Of a stretch of 64,000 bases of DNA, positions 1-11,698 are shown one piece after another. The notes under the pieces are model-generated. The model worked only from the letters and a program-made list of their open reading frames with translations. It had not been told where the DNA came from and did no database searches. Source of the DNA: Octopus sinensis (taxonomy: Eukaryota); assembly GCF_006345805.1 (NCBI RefSeq), contig NC_042999.1, positions 22,568,001-22,632,000 on the forward strand, read 5' to 3'. Numbering within the stretch: the stretch's first letter is position 1; each line of letters begins with the position of its first letter. A program made the translations under genes and the position numbers.

Positions 1-279
1 CATGTACGTATATGTATGTTGCTTAATGTCGAGCGAATGCATGCATGTACGTATGTACGTACATACGGATGTACGTTCATACGTATGTACGTACGTACGT
101 ATGTATGTATGTATGTATGTATGTATGTATGAATGTATGTATGTATGTATGATTGTATGCATGTACGTATGTATGTATGTATGTATGTATGTATGTATGT
201 ATGTATGTATGTATGTATGTATGTATGTATGTATGTATGCAGGTACGTATATGTATTTTGCTTAATGTCGAGCGAATGC
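1..279. repeat. (ATGT)n microsatellite flanked by a ~38-bp direct repeat (GTACGTATATGTATxTTGCTTAATGTCGAGCGAATGC)
   Basis: Tetranucleotide array is directly visible. The flanking sequence occurs at ~4-40 and ~242-279. ORFs 2..265, 77..346 and 153..335 are artefacts of it. Confidence 0.9.
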
Positions 280-592
280 GAAAGTTACGTCTCCGTGACT
301 TAGCGTTTCGGATAAAGAGAACGATAGAGTGGTAAGAAATTCTCAAGACAGTTGAACAGCAGGCCTTCAGAAAAGAAACCCCTGTCAGGTAAGTGTTTCG
401 GCCTTTAACTTCTTACGCTCTACGGGAACAGACCGCACCCAGGTCATAACTCCTGTGTGCCCTTCGGCTGGCACATTTTAGCCCCTTGGATATCGGAGGT
501 TTGTGCCTTTTAACCGAAATACCAAACTTTAAAAAATATAAGAATCGAAGCCGATTTGAATGTTGTATTATTTATCTTTTATTTGTTGCAGT

Positions 593-1003
593 TTTATTTG
601 CCCGTGTTAGTAGGGTGCCAAGAGCACCATCCGAGCGTGATCGTTGCCAGACCGGCTAACTGGCTTCCGTGCCGGTGGCACGTAAAAGGGCACCATTCGG
701 GCGTGATCGTTACCAGCGTCGCCTTACTGGCACCTGTGCTGGTGGCATGTGTAAAAAGATTCGAGCGAGGTCATTGCCAGTACCGCCTGATTGGCCCCCG
801 TGCTGGTGGCACGTAAAAAACACCCACTACACTCTCGGAGTGGTTGGCGTTAGGAAGGGCATCCAGCTGTAGAAACTCTGCCACATCAAGATTGGAGCCT
901 GGTGCAGCCATCTGGTTCGCCAGTCCTCAGTCAAAATCGTCCAACCCATGCTAGCATGGAAAGCGAACGTTAAACGATGGTGATGATGATGATGATGATG
1001 ATG
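593..1003 (+). mobile_element. 5'-truncated RTE LINE 3' UTR/tail copy
   Basis: Matches the 3' UTR following the RT ORF at 51318-51840 (GGTGGCACGTAAAAA...AGGAAGGGCATCCAGCTGTAGAAAC...CCAACCCATGCTAGCATGGAAA...(GAT)n). About 20 similar copies occur, e.g. ~14872, 28606, 29287, 29600, 30325, 32390, 33340, 35510, 47660, 48097, 49480, 52900, 55545. Confidence 0.8.
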
Positions 1004-1601
1004 ATTTGTTTCAGTCATTGGATTGTGGCCTTGCTGGAGCATAACCTTAAAGGGAGTTAATCGAACAAACCGACTCCAGTACTTATTCTATCGATTTGTC
1101 CGACTAAACTGTTCAAAGCGGTGCCCCAGCATGGCTGCTCCCCAATGACTGAATGCAGTAAATATACATGAATATCTATATTAATAAAAGCGAAATTTCG
1201 TCTGTCCGTCTGGAACCTCTATATCTCAGTCTACATTTACTTTACATAGACCTATTATACCTTTCAGGAATCAGGATTATCCCAGGATTGAAAATCCGCT
1301 CTTCATTTGGCTCTTGAACATCCAGCATTGGGATTTGATTTTAAAACATTTGGGCTGCTATTTCTAGCAGATAAAGCTTGGCTGATTCACACCATCATGC
1401 TTGACGTTTGTCAGATGATGTCAGAGATCAAGGGGCAGATAAATGACATTCGCTTCGTTAATTTTACGTCGAGATAAGAACTTTGGGACAAATTAGCCAA
1501 CAGTTGGAATTCAACTTGGGACTGGAACAATAGAATAATTGCATTACAGAATTAATTCTCATCCGTCCTTAACCTCTGATCAAACACCACCAGGGCATAT
1601 A

Positions 1602-2119
1602 CCGTAAATCCTCGAGTATAATCCGCATTTTTTTCCCAAAATTTAAAGATCAAAATCCCTAGTGCGTACTATATACGAGGTTAAAAATGAAAGATATTTT
1701 CTAAACAATGTCCAAGTCTCTATTTGCTGTCCGGCAATGTTTATTCAGATGCATTTTGTGATGTCGGGCGCGAAAATACCTTAAGCTAAGCCTGAAAGCA
1801 ATGAAGTCATAAAAGAATCATCCATAACTTGCAATAAGCAAAATTTTTTAAACGTTATTACTGATATTAGTTATTTCTTTATTTCTGCAAACAAAATGCA
1901 CAAAAAAGCTACACGTTTGCACCATGTTATATATACAATAATAATAAAGGACGTTAGCGTATACAGTTTTACAAACCAAGGACGTTATATAGACCTCCTT
2001 GACTCAGGTTAGAGAAGGGGTGCGTATTATACACAAGGTTTAGGTTTTTCAGAGGTACAGACCCCTAAAAATCCCCTGCGTATTATACTCAAGGATGGAC
2101 TATACTCGAGAATTTACGG
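1602..2119. mobile_element. Tc1/pogo-type non-autonomous DNA transposon (MITE)
   Basis: TIRs CCGTAAATCCTCGAGTATA / TATACTCGAGAATTTACGG, flanked on both sides by TA. No ORF. Confidence 0.8.
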
Positions 2120-2354
2120 TAGTCATTATAGACACATTGTAATCGTGCTATTTAGCTCTCTTTAATTTGGGGCTACAGGCCCAATTAACCCTCCGTAGGA
2201 GCTAGTCTAAAAGTCCACACAGAAGGTGGCTTTTGAGCTAGCAATGTAATATAACCAAATATCTTATCTTCAATAATATTTTGTTAATATCTTTGATCTT
2301 TCTTTATATATATATATGTTTTTCTTGACGGTTTATTTTCTTCATTTATTTCAG

Positions 2355-2384
2355 AACAAAACTTATACAGTTACCTCCATTCAC
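2355..2384 (+). CDS. iGluR 30-nt micro-exon (NKTYTVTSIH), start of the S1 ligand-binding segment
   Basis: Pyrimidine tract plus TTTCAG acceptor and CAC|GTAAGT donor. Phase 0 joins the next exon to give NKTYTVTSIH-SPPFV, which resembles the iGluR S1 start (NRTxxVTTILEEPYV). Confidence 0.75.
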
Positions 2385-2559
2385 GTAAGTTATACACTTT
2401 TCTTTCTTTATTATTTTCCTTCGTCTGAATCGTTTTAATTATTATTTGCAACCACAGTGGTGTCGGGGTCAGCCCCATTGCGTGGTACCTTGCCCAAGGT
2501 ACCGTTCTGTTATTGGTAAGATTAACAAAATAAGTATTTCTTTCAATGAGACAAATAAA

Positions 2560-2815
2560 TAATAAATGCGCCCTTTTCAACCCTAGCCAGGCTCGTGGGC
2601 CCGGTTTCCCGGTTTCTGTGGCATATGTGTTCTCCCCAGCTGGACAGGACGCCGGTTCATCGAATCGTTACTCATTTTTGCCAGCTGAGTGGACTGGAGC
2701 AACGTGAAATGAAGTGCTTTGCTCAAGAACACAACGCATCGCCCGGTCTAGGAATCGAAACCACAATCTTACGATCATGATGCTGACACCCTAACCACTA
2801 AGCCAATCGCCTCCA
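2560..2815 (-). mobile_element. tRNA-headed SINE, working family D
   Basis: A-box-like GGCTTAGTGG and B-box-like GGTTTCGATTCC, then GTGTTCTTGAGCAAAGCACTTCATTTCACGTTGCTCCAG. Homologous copies at ~7188-7445 (+) and ~60355-60525 (+). Confidence 0.75.
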
Positions 2816-3365
2816 CATAATGAGACAAATACTATCTAATATACACAGGATTTGAACTCAAGCTACTATTAGTTTCATGCTTCTAAAAAGTGTAACGGTT
2901 GGACAAGCTTGTATAAGGTGCCGTGTATTTATTTATATTGTTTCTTCTTCATAGACGATTGCTTTCTTCTTGTCGATAGCATTTCTGACTTTTAGTCTAT
3001 GCCTTCTAAGATGACAAATGAAAGTTGTAACTTATTAATGTATACAGCTGTAAGCAATGCGCACCAAAAGGGAAAACTATAACCATCAGTAAACATGACT
3101 GAGGGTGTTAGAAACACCTACATTGCTAGAAATAAGAGCTAAACGCTCTAATGCTGCAGCCAATGCAGCCAATAATTATATACATACATGCTGACAGTGA
3201 CTGTAATCGTCTGAAAAGCAGCGGTCGAGATATTCCCAGACTGATCGATCAGTTTTGGCTTTTTTTTTTTTTACCGTAGCCGCTTCATTTGATCGGCCCC
3301 ACTCGGCTGTTCCCGGACGAAGATCGACCGCTGCTTTTCGGGCGATTACGGTCCCCGTAAGTATG

Positions 3366-3756
3366 TGTAACGAAGGATCTGTTATCGATTCACTGAAAGG
3401 GTGTCGATATCCGATCTGGTTACATACAATTTTTATAAGACAATACAGACGAAGTCAGGTTATAGGTAAAAGACAGCAGTTCGTTTATTTATTGCGATGT
3501 CGTACGTGTGTCTGATGGGAGAAGGACAGCCTCTGATGTACAGCTTCTTGTTAGTTTGTTGATGGTCGTTGGCGGCTATGTCGGTGAGGTTGTCAGAGCC
3601 TGTTAAATGTACGTCCGATCGCGATGAGCTGGCTTGCCAGAGAGAAAGATTTGAGTTTGGCGGGTAAGGGAACGTTTCCCGCACATGCGCATGGGGATGA
3701 CTTCCGGTGGCCACCCGGAAGTAGTCCCATTCTGCGCATGCGCGCTGAACCCTACA
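3366..3756 (-). mobile_element. Possible solo LTR
   Basis: TG...CA termini, internal AATAAA on the minus strand (3484-3493), CpG-rich with promoter-like motifs. No target-site duplication found. Confidence 0.4.
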
Positions 3757-3771
3757 CAGTAGCATCACTAC

Positions 3772-3810
<39 letters not shown>

Positions 3811-3910
3811 TATGGGCTTTGGCTGCAGTATTAAAGCGCCTAGCTCTTACTTCTACTAATGTAGGTATTTATAACACAGTCAGTCATGATAGTTTTATAC
3901 ACACACATAC

Positions 3911-4345
3911 GCACACACACACACACATACTCTTTTACTCATTTATTTGTTTCAGTCATTTGACTGCGGCCATGCTGGAGCACCGCCTTTAGGCGAGAAA
4001 ATCGACCCCAGGACTTATTCTTTGTAAGCCTAGTACTTATTCTATCGTTTCTTTTGCCGAACCGCTAAGTTACGGAGATATAAACACACCAGCATCGGTT
4101 GTCAAGCGATGTTGGGAGGGGGGTACAAACACAGATACACAAACACACACACACATATACACACACACACACCCACACACACACACACACTCACACACAC
4201 ACATATATATATATACGACGGGCTTCTTTCAGTTTCCGCCTACCAAATCCACTCACAAAGCTTTGGTCTGCCCGAGGCTATAGTAGAAGAAACTTGCCCA
4301 AGGTGCCATGCAGTGGGGCTGAACCCGGAACCACGTAGTTGTTAA
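3911..4345 (-). mobile_element. tRNA-headed SINE with central microsatellite, working family B
   Basis: Head GTGGTAAG...GGTTCAGTCCC, CCTTGGGCAAG, central (TA/CA)n, tail CCAGCATGGCCGCAGTCAAATGACTGAAAC. About 15 copies, e.g. ~12090, 17838, 23755, 37630, 38700, 42520, 47255, 54850, 56355, 60185. Confidence 0.85.
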
Positions 4346-4584
4346 GCAAGCTAGAGGATTTGAAAATGCAGGGGTCTTTTAGAGATGTTTATTGACTTGA
4401 CCAGTTTCACTCTTTTTAAAAAAGATTATCAAAAGTAGAATGTAAAGTTTTGTTGTGTTAAAAAATGGTTATCATAATTATATTAAAATATAATATAGTC
4501 TTTGATAATGATAAGAAAATGTTAGAAAATAGAGTCTTCGACAATGATAAGAAAATGTGAAGAGGGGCTTTTTGTTTAAACAGT

Positions 4585-4747
4585 CTACATGAGTGGCTGT
4601 GTGGTAAGTAGCTTGCTAACCACCACATGGTTCCGAGTTCAGTCCCACTGCGTGGCATCTTGGGCAAGTGTCCTTCTGCTATAGCCCCGGGCCGACCAAT
4701 GCCTTGTGAGTGGATTTGGTAGACGAAACTAAAAGAAGCCTGTCGTA

Positions 4748-4793
<46 letters not shown>

Positions 4794-5243
4794 TATATAT
4801 ATAATCAAAGCAATTAAGATTCAAGTAATTCCAATGAATTTACTTGAATAAGTTTTTAAAATCTGTGATAAGTCTGTGCATCTCCTCTTCATATCTCTGG
4901 AAATTTAAATCTACCTATGGATATTCATCTTCTCTTCGAACTAATAAGTTTTTTGAAAATCTGTGATAAGACTGTGCATCATCATTAAGAACTTTGGAAA
5001 ACTGTTTACACAACCTATATCTGCCTCTAATGGAACTATCTCCAATATCTCATGAGTATAACCTCACCCACTAAGATGTCTAGAGAACTCAAATGTATTT
5101 TAGCTGATGAGTACGGGACACTTTTATCTGCTGCAATTTTTGCAACTTGTAATAAAGCCTGTCTTTGTATGAAACAATTGTACTAAAAACTAATCCATTC
5201 TTGTTGCTTCTTTCTCGTATATATATATATATATATATATTAG

Positions 5244-5298
<55 letters not shown>

Positions 5299-5520
5299 GT
5301 GTTTGTGTGTCTGTGTTTGTCCCCCTAGCATTGCTTGACAACCGATGCTGGTGTGTTTACGTCCCCGTAACTTAGCGGTTCGGCAAAAGGGACCGTTAGA
5401 ATAAGTACTGGGCTTACAAAGAATAAGTCCCGGGGTCGATTTGCTCGACTAAAAAAAGGCGGTGCTCCAGCATGGCCGCAGTCAAATGACTGAAACAAGT
5501 AAAAGAGTAAAAGAGAGAGT
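4585..5520 (+). mobile_element. Family B SINE split by a ~420-bp insertion in its (TA)n tract
   Basis: Head at ~4585-4745 and tail at ~5285-5520, with unrelated sequence at ~4800-5220 bounded by (TA)n on both sides. Confidence 0.75.
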
Positions 5521-5929
5521 ATGAAAGTTTTCAAAATAGGTAGTAAAATAAATTTATAATTATTTTAATTTCATCAAGAATCATGGTTGTATTGAAACAT
5601 ATATACAGAAGAATCATATTTATACAGAATTTTAGGGGAATGGCCAACCTTTATATCCATCATCTCATGTCTTGTATTGTGTGTATGAGAAATGTTTGCT
5701 CTTCTTAGAAATAGTGTGGGAGGTTGATTGATGAGGGAGTGGCTTGGGTAATCAAAAGGATTTTCTTATTTCGGGGCTAGTCTGTCATGGTTCAGTGGTT
5801 TTTGGATTTTGTGTCTCTGTGCACGTTTTTATGTGTGTGTGTAAGTGAAACTGATCCAGTCAATGAACATCTTTAAAAGACCTCTGATTTTCAAACCATC
5901 TTTCCTATATATACATATATATATAGATC

Positions 5930-6002
<73 letters not shown>

Positions 6003-6019
6003 TATAAGATATATATATC

Positions 6020-6625
6020 ACCATCACGTGACCGACCAGACCATCAGATGTTGTTACACATCGCTGGTCACAATGCATTCGCATTGTTTTAGCCTTCGAA
6101 TGACGCCACCCCGCTGGCTAAGCGAACAGGCCAACAGAAGAAAGAGTCAGAGAAAGAGTGGTGAAAGAGTACAGCAGGGATCACCACCCCCTGCCAGAGC
6201 CTCGTGGAGCTTTTTTAGGTGTTTTCGCTCAATAAACACTCACAACGCCCGGTCTGGGAATCGAAACCGCGATCCTACGAGCACGAGTCCGCTGCCCTAA
6301 CCACTGGGCCATTGCGCCTCCACACACACACACACACACACACACACCACACACACATATACATACATATATATATATATATGTATATATATGGGGAGAT
6401 TCAGCGTCACACAGAGTGAGAAAGCTGACCCTTTGAAATACAGGTACAACAGAAACAGGAAGAAAGTGTGAGAGAAAGTTGTGGTGAAAAAGTACAGAAG
6501 GGTTCGCCACCACCCCCTACCGGAACTTCGTGGCGCTTTAGGTGTTTTCGTTCAATAAACACTCACAACGCCTGGTCTGGGAATCGAAACCGCAAGTCCG
6601 CTGCCCTAACCACTGGGCCATTGAG
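6020..6625 (-). mobile_element. Two tRNA-headed SINEs, working family A
   Basis: Head GGAGGCGCAATGGCCCAGTGGTTAGGGCAGCGGACTCG...GGTTTCGATTCCCAGACC with A and B boxes. Other copies at ~8678-8973, 31225-31560 and 38010-38398, with two alternative 3' tails. Confidence 0.8.
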
Positions 6626-6689
6626 TCTCCACGCTGGAATTATACCAAAATTTGAAACCATTATTATATACAATATACATTTATCTACA

Positions 6690-7085
6690 ATTGGCTTTAA
6701 ATTTTGACACAAGGCCAGCAATTTTGGAGGAGGGTTAAGTCGATTCCAGCGACCCCAGTGGTCGACGAAAAGCAAAGTCGACCTCGGTGGAATTTGAACT
6801 CTGAATGTAAAGACAGACGAAATGTCATTAAACATTTTGTCCGGCATGGTAACGATTCTGCCAGCTCACCACCTTTCTATTATAGGTACAAGGCCTGAAA
6901 TTTGGGGGAGGGACTTGTCGATTACATCGACCCCAGTGCTTAACTGGTACTTAATTTATTGACCATGAAAGGATAAAAGGCAAAGTTGACCTCGGCAGGA
7001 TTTGAACCCAGAACTTAGCTACGGGCGAAATACTGCTAAACATTTCGCCTGGCGTGCTAACGATTCTGCCAGCTCGCCACTTTAC
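6690..7085 (-). mobile_element. Family C SINE-like copies
   Basis: Head AAGxGGCGAGCTGGCAGAAxCGTTAG, core GAGGTCGACTTTGCCTTTCATCC...GGTCGATAAATTAAGTACCAG. Other copies at ~19075, 28102, 34940, 48425, 53240, 58848, 62610. Confidence 0.8.
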
Positions 7086-7770
7086 CAATGATTATGATAA
7101 TGCATTACAATCTGATCTAATATTTTTTTATCATTATTAAAATCCTCACTCTGATCTTCCACGTGTATTTTTTAATGAATCGTCAAGTGGAGGTGCGTAG
7201 TTTAGTGGCTAGGGTGGTGAACTCATGATCGGAAGGTTGTGGTTTCGATTCCTGGACCAGGCGATGCATTGTGTTCTTGAGCAAAACACTTCATTTCAAG
7301 TTGCTCCAGTCCACTCAGGTGGCAAAAATGAGTAACGCTGAGGCGGACCGGTGCCCCGTCCAGGTAGGGAATTTCTACGCCACTGAAACCGGGAAACTGG
7401 CCCTTATGAGCCTGGCATGGCTCGAGAAGGAACATTTATTTATTAATTCGTCAAGCTTCTGTTGCTCCATATTTCAGAAGGGGTTACTGTGTTATCTAGT
7501 TCCATTTCATTGCGTCTCCTAGGTAACTACACAGGGTTTAATAAAATATCATTTGCAAATTTTGGTACAAGGATGGCAATGTCAGGGAGGGGTAAGTCAA
7601 TTATATCGACCACAGTTCATGAACGATTCTTTGTTTTATCGACTCTGAGAGGGTGAAAGGCAAAGTCGACCTGAGCGGAATTTGAACTCAGATAGTAAGG
7701 ACGGTCGAAACGCCACTAAGTTTTTTGCTCGGCGTGCTAACCATTCTGCCAGCTCGCCACCTTACTTTTA

Positions 7771-8148
7771 TTACCTTCTCCTTAGCGAAGGTGGAGGTAT
7801 TGTTTTTAGTCGTGTTTGTTTGTTTGTTTGTTTGTCCGAGAATATATTTCAAGAACCGCTGGATGGATTCGGATGAAACTTTCAGGGATGTTTGGCCTCG
7901 TCACTGGCACGAATTGATTAGATTTGGAGATCGATCCGGTACCAGACAAGGATTCTGGATTATTTTTCCTGTTTTTTTTTTTTTTTACTTAATTTTTTAG
8001 AGCGGTTGGGTTTATTTTTAATATTCTCGTTTGTGAGAGCAGTCGAGTTTATTTCAGATATTCTCATTTTAAAAATCATCTCTGGCTAATCATTGAGAGG
8101 ACGTTGGTGTTGCCTTGGTGGAGGTTTGTACTTTCTGAGTGCTCTTGT
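7771..8148 (+). mobile_element. Helentron/HINE-like non-autonomous element
   Basis: Sub-terminal inverted motifs (ACCTxxxCC..AAGG / CCTTGGTGGAGGT) and internal (GTTT)n. Two further copies in tandem at 61865-62590. Classification is by structure only. Confidence 0.6.
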
Positions 8149-8185
8149 CTACTTTTAATACATCTTTTATTCTTATGATTTTCAG

Positions 8186-8383
8186 TCTCCCCCCTTTGTT
8201 CTCCACACTGTCAATGAAACAACCGGAGAAGAGACCTACAGTGGATTCATTGTTGATATCTTGGACGACATTGCCAAAATGAATGGCTTTAAATACAAGA
8301 TTCAAATGGTTCGTGACGGAAAATATGGAGCAATTTCAAAAGGCGGAAACTGGTCAGGAATGGTCGGAGAAATCATAAACGAG
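8186..8383 (+). CDS. iGluR exon, S1 (SPPFVL...GFIVDILDDIA...DGKYGA...WSGMVGEIINE)
   Basis: TTTTCAG acceptor, GAG|GTAAAT donor, 198 nt, phase 0-0. Carries the DGKYG and W-x-GMVGE iGluR motifs. Missed by the ORF track. Confidence 0.95.
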
Positions 8384-9888
8384 GTAAATTGCAAAACATT
8401 TATGGCAACGCTTTAAATTCACATGGTCACCTCATGGTCACTTCAGATAATGAAATTTTGCACCATGCATTGTCTCCTTTCATAGATTACCTAAGTAAAA
8501 ATATGTTCTGTACGTACCGGTGGCACGTAAAAAGCTCGGAGTGAGTGATTGGCGCTAGGGAAGGGCATCCAGCTGTAGAAGCCATAACAAATCAGATTGA
8601 AACTTGCTTTGTGTGTGAGCTGGGGAGCTGTGTGTGTACAATTGTCATTACAGACAATGCTTATATGTAATATATATATCACGTGACCGACCAGACCATC
8701 AGATGTTGTTACACATCGCTGGTCACAATGCGTTCGCATTGTTTTAACCTTCGAATGACGCCACCCCGCTGGCTAATCGAGTAGGCCAACCGAAGAAAGA
8801 GTGGGAAAAAGAGTGGTGAAAGAGTACAGCAGGGATCACCACCATCCCCTGCCGGAGACTCGTGGAGCTTTTAGGTGTTTTTGCTCAATAAACACTCACA
8901 ACGCCCGGAATCGAAACCGCGATCCTGCGACCGCGAGTCCGCTGCCCTAACCACTGGGCCATTGCGCCTCCACATGTAATATATATATATAAAAATTCCC
9001 CAAAACAGAAAAATAGCTTTTAGCCAACACATAGATACTTGCGCCAAACAAAAAAACACCAAGCTTCGGATTTTCCCCCTCTAACCAATTTAGGGACGAT
9101 ACAACCCGAGACAACGAATAAGTAAGAAAATCTCTTTATTACAAAATACAGGCCCCTTCTTAACGGGTCTACGACAAACATTAATATACCTCAACTTTAG
9201 AATAAAAGAAATATATACCACACAAATATTACATTCCATAGAATCCATTACTAATCAGCCCCATCACAGCTATACTTTCACCCATTCATATTCTCCCTTC
9301 TCTGTTTTTTTTCTTCTTCTTCCTCTTCTTCTTCTCATCATCATTATCATCATCATCGTCGTCATCATCATCACCACCACATCATCATCATCATCATCAT
9401 CATCAACATCGTCATCTTCTTCTTCTTCTTCTCCTTCTCCCCTTAACCTTGTCACTAATGTCTTTTGTATAACGCCTACGCAAATTCCATAAACAATTCC
9501 TGAATTGGACTGCGACTGCTGGCCGCCACTGACCATTCAAAATACGACCATCAGGGCACTCCCAGATTTTTCCACTCCCACCCCCTCTCCACATCAGCCT
9601 TCTTCTTCTCCTACCCTACCAAGAACTCACAACGACCTCGAACACACAAGTGCAAACAAGGAGTCAGAGAAGGCAGAATGCCACTTATATCCGAACACTA
9701 CTATAGAAATATTCCTTTAAAAAAACTTTTCTTCTAATTTTTCTAAATTTAATTATTTAATCGTTACAGTTGAAAAGGTCTCAAAATGACCGAAACCGTA
9801 CTGAAATGGTTCACTATAAAATTATTTTAGCATTTTCTATTTTTGACTTGTTTTTTCATATATATGAATATAATATATATATATAGAT

Positions 9889-9929
<41 letters not shown>

Positions 9930-9993
9930 CAGACAGACAGACAGACAGACGACAAGAGAGGACAGAGACGAGACAGACAGACAGACAGATGCA

Positions 9994-10026
<33 letters not shown>

Positions 10027-10316
10027 TGCATACAAATATATACATATATACAAATACATATATGAGTGGATTTGGTCGACGGAAACTGAAAGAAACCTGT
10101 CGTGTGTGTGTGTGTGCAAATGTATATATTGGTTAATAAGCAGTTTAATCGTATCGTTCCGTATCTTGTTCAACCGCGACCCGTCTCAAACTGTTCTCGT
10201 TATTCGAATCATTTCATAATTGTAATGCAGTAATTAAACTTAAACTATCGTACGACCTGTGGATAGAACCCGGAACGTATTGTTATCTTCTTGTGCATAT
10301 GTGTGTATTATATGAA

Positions 10317-10335
<19 letters not shown>

Positions 10336-10371
<36 letters not shown>

Positions 10372-10780
10372 AAGAAAGAAGAAAGATAAAAAGAAAGGAA
10401 GGAAGAAAGAAAGAAAAAAGAAAGAAAGAAAGGAAAGAAGAAGAAAGAAGAAGGAAGGAAGGAAGAAAGTGAGAAAGAAAGAAAGAAAAAAGGAAGGAAT
10501 TAAGAGGAAAGGAAAAAAGAAAGAAAGAAAGAAAGGAAAGAAGAAGAAAGAAAGAAAGAAGAAAAAAGAAAGAGAAAGAAAGAAAGAAAAAAGAAAGAAA
10601 GAAAGAAGAAAGAAAGAAAGAAGAAAGAAAGAAAGAAGAAAGAAAGAAATAAAGAAAGAAGGAAGGAAGGAAGGAAGGAAGGAAGGAAGGAAGGAAGGAA
10701 GGAGGAAGGAAGGAAGGAGGAAGGAAGGAAGAAAGAAAAAGAAAGAAAGAAAGAAAAAAGAAAGAAAGAAATAAAGAAAG

Positions 10781-10811
<31 letters not shown>

Positions 10812-10975
10812 AGAGAGAGAGAAGAGAGATATAGAGAGAAGAAAGAGAGAAAGAAGAAAGGAAGGAAGGAAGAAAAAAGAAAGAAGAAATAAAGAAGGAT
10901 GGAAAGAAAAGAAAGAAAGAAAGAAAGAAAGAAAGGAAGGAAGAAAAAAGAAAGAAAGAAATAAAGAAGGATGGA

Positions 10976-11011
<36 letters not shown>

Positions 11012-11042
11012 AAAGAAGAAAAGAAGGGGAGGAGCGAGGGAG
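10336..11042 (+). repeat. ~700-nt almost pure purine tract (GAAA/GGAA/GA repeats)
   Basis: Directly visible. The K/E/R-rich and F/L/S-rich ORFs here are artefacts. Confidence 0.95.
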
Positions 11043-11163
11043 AGACCTAATTGTTATATTCATAAAAGTTACTACTGGAAAAAAAAAAGCGAAGGAATGA
11101 ATTTTGTTTCTTTATATTTTGTAATCTTTATTTTTATTTATTTTTTTTAAAAATTTGTTTTAG

Positions 11164-11518
11164 GTGGCAGATATTGCCGCAGCTCCCCTCACTGTGACAG
11201 CCGCTCGTCAGAAGGTCATTGATTTTTCTGCACCATTTCAAAAAGCAAGCCCGGCCATTTTACTCCGTAAGCCAAAGAACGACCAAGTCGGGTTTGTGGA
11301 TCGATTTATGAGGCTTTTTGTACCCATGTCTTCTAGTGTTTGGCTGCACACCTTCATCGGGATGCTGGCAACTGCCATTGCTCTCTATGTCATCTGCTAC
11401 TTCAGCCCCATCGAATGGCGGAAAATGGCCATCCACAAAGACGCGACTTTCAGAGAAAGAGAGTCGTTCACGTGTCTGAACAGTTTTTGGTTTGTTGCAA
11501 GCTGCCTCGTTTGGCAAG
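11164..11518 (+). CDS. iGluR exon: end of S1, M1 and M2 pore loop (VADIAAAPLTVTAARQKVIDFSAPF...FWFVASCLVWQ)
   Basis: TTTAG acceptor, CAAG|GTACGT donor, 355 nt, phase 0-1. APLT-x4-R-x3-IDFS motif, hydrophobic M1, FWF pore helix. Confidence 0.95.
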
Positions 11519-11698
11519 GTACGTATAATCTAATACCTTTTTTATCTTTAAATCTTTTACTCGCTTTAGTCATTGGTTGCGGCCACGCTGGAGCACTGCC
11601 TTCAATAGATGACCCCCCCCCGCCAAAGCCTAATAAAACATTAAACTTTACAAAACAAAAATTGTTTTAAATGAGAGAAGTTCTTTATTTATATATAC

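Noticed and set aside
556-816. ORF with a signal-peptide-like start (MNVVLFIFYLLQFYLPVLVG) as the iGluR first exon
   Set aside because: Starts at TTG, the hydrophobicity comes from T-rich sequence, it runs into an RTE tail, and there is no suitable donor.
2316-2354. In-frame ATG (MFFLTVYFLHLFQ) directly ahead of the micro-exon as the true start
   Set aside because: It coincides with the polypyrimidine tract and a canonical TTTCAG acceptor, and 13 residues is short for a signal peptide. Not fully excluded without RNA data.
10316-11063. Long K/E/R-rich and F/L/S-rich ORFs
   Set aside because: Translations of a purine microsatellite with no splice support. The same applies to the YI, HT and CV-rich ORFs elsewhere.
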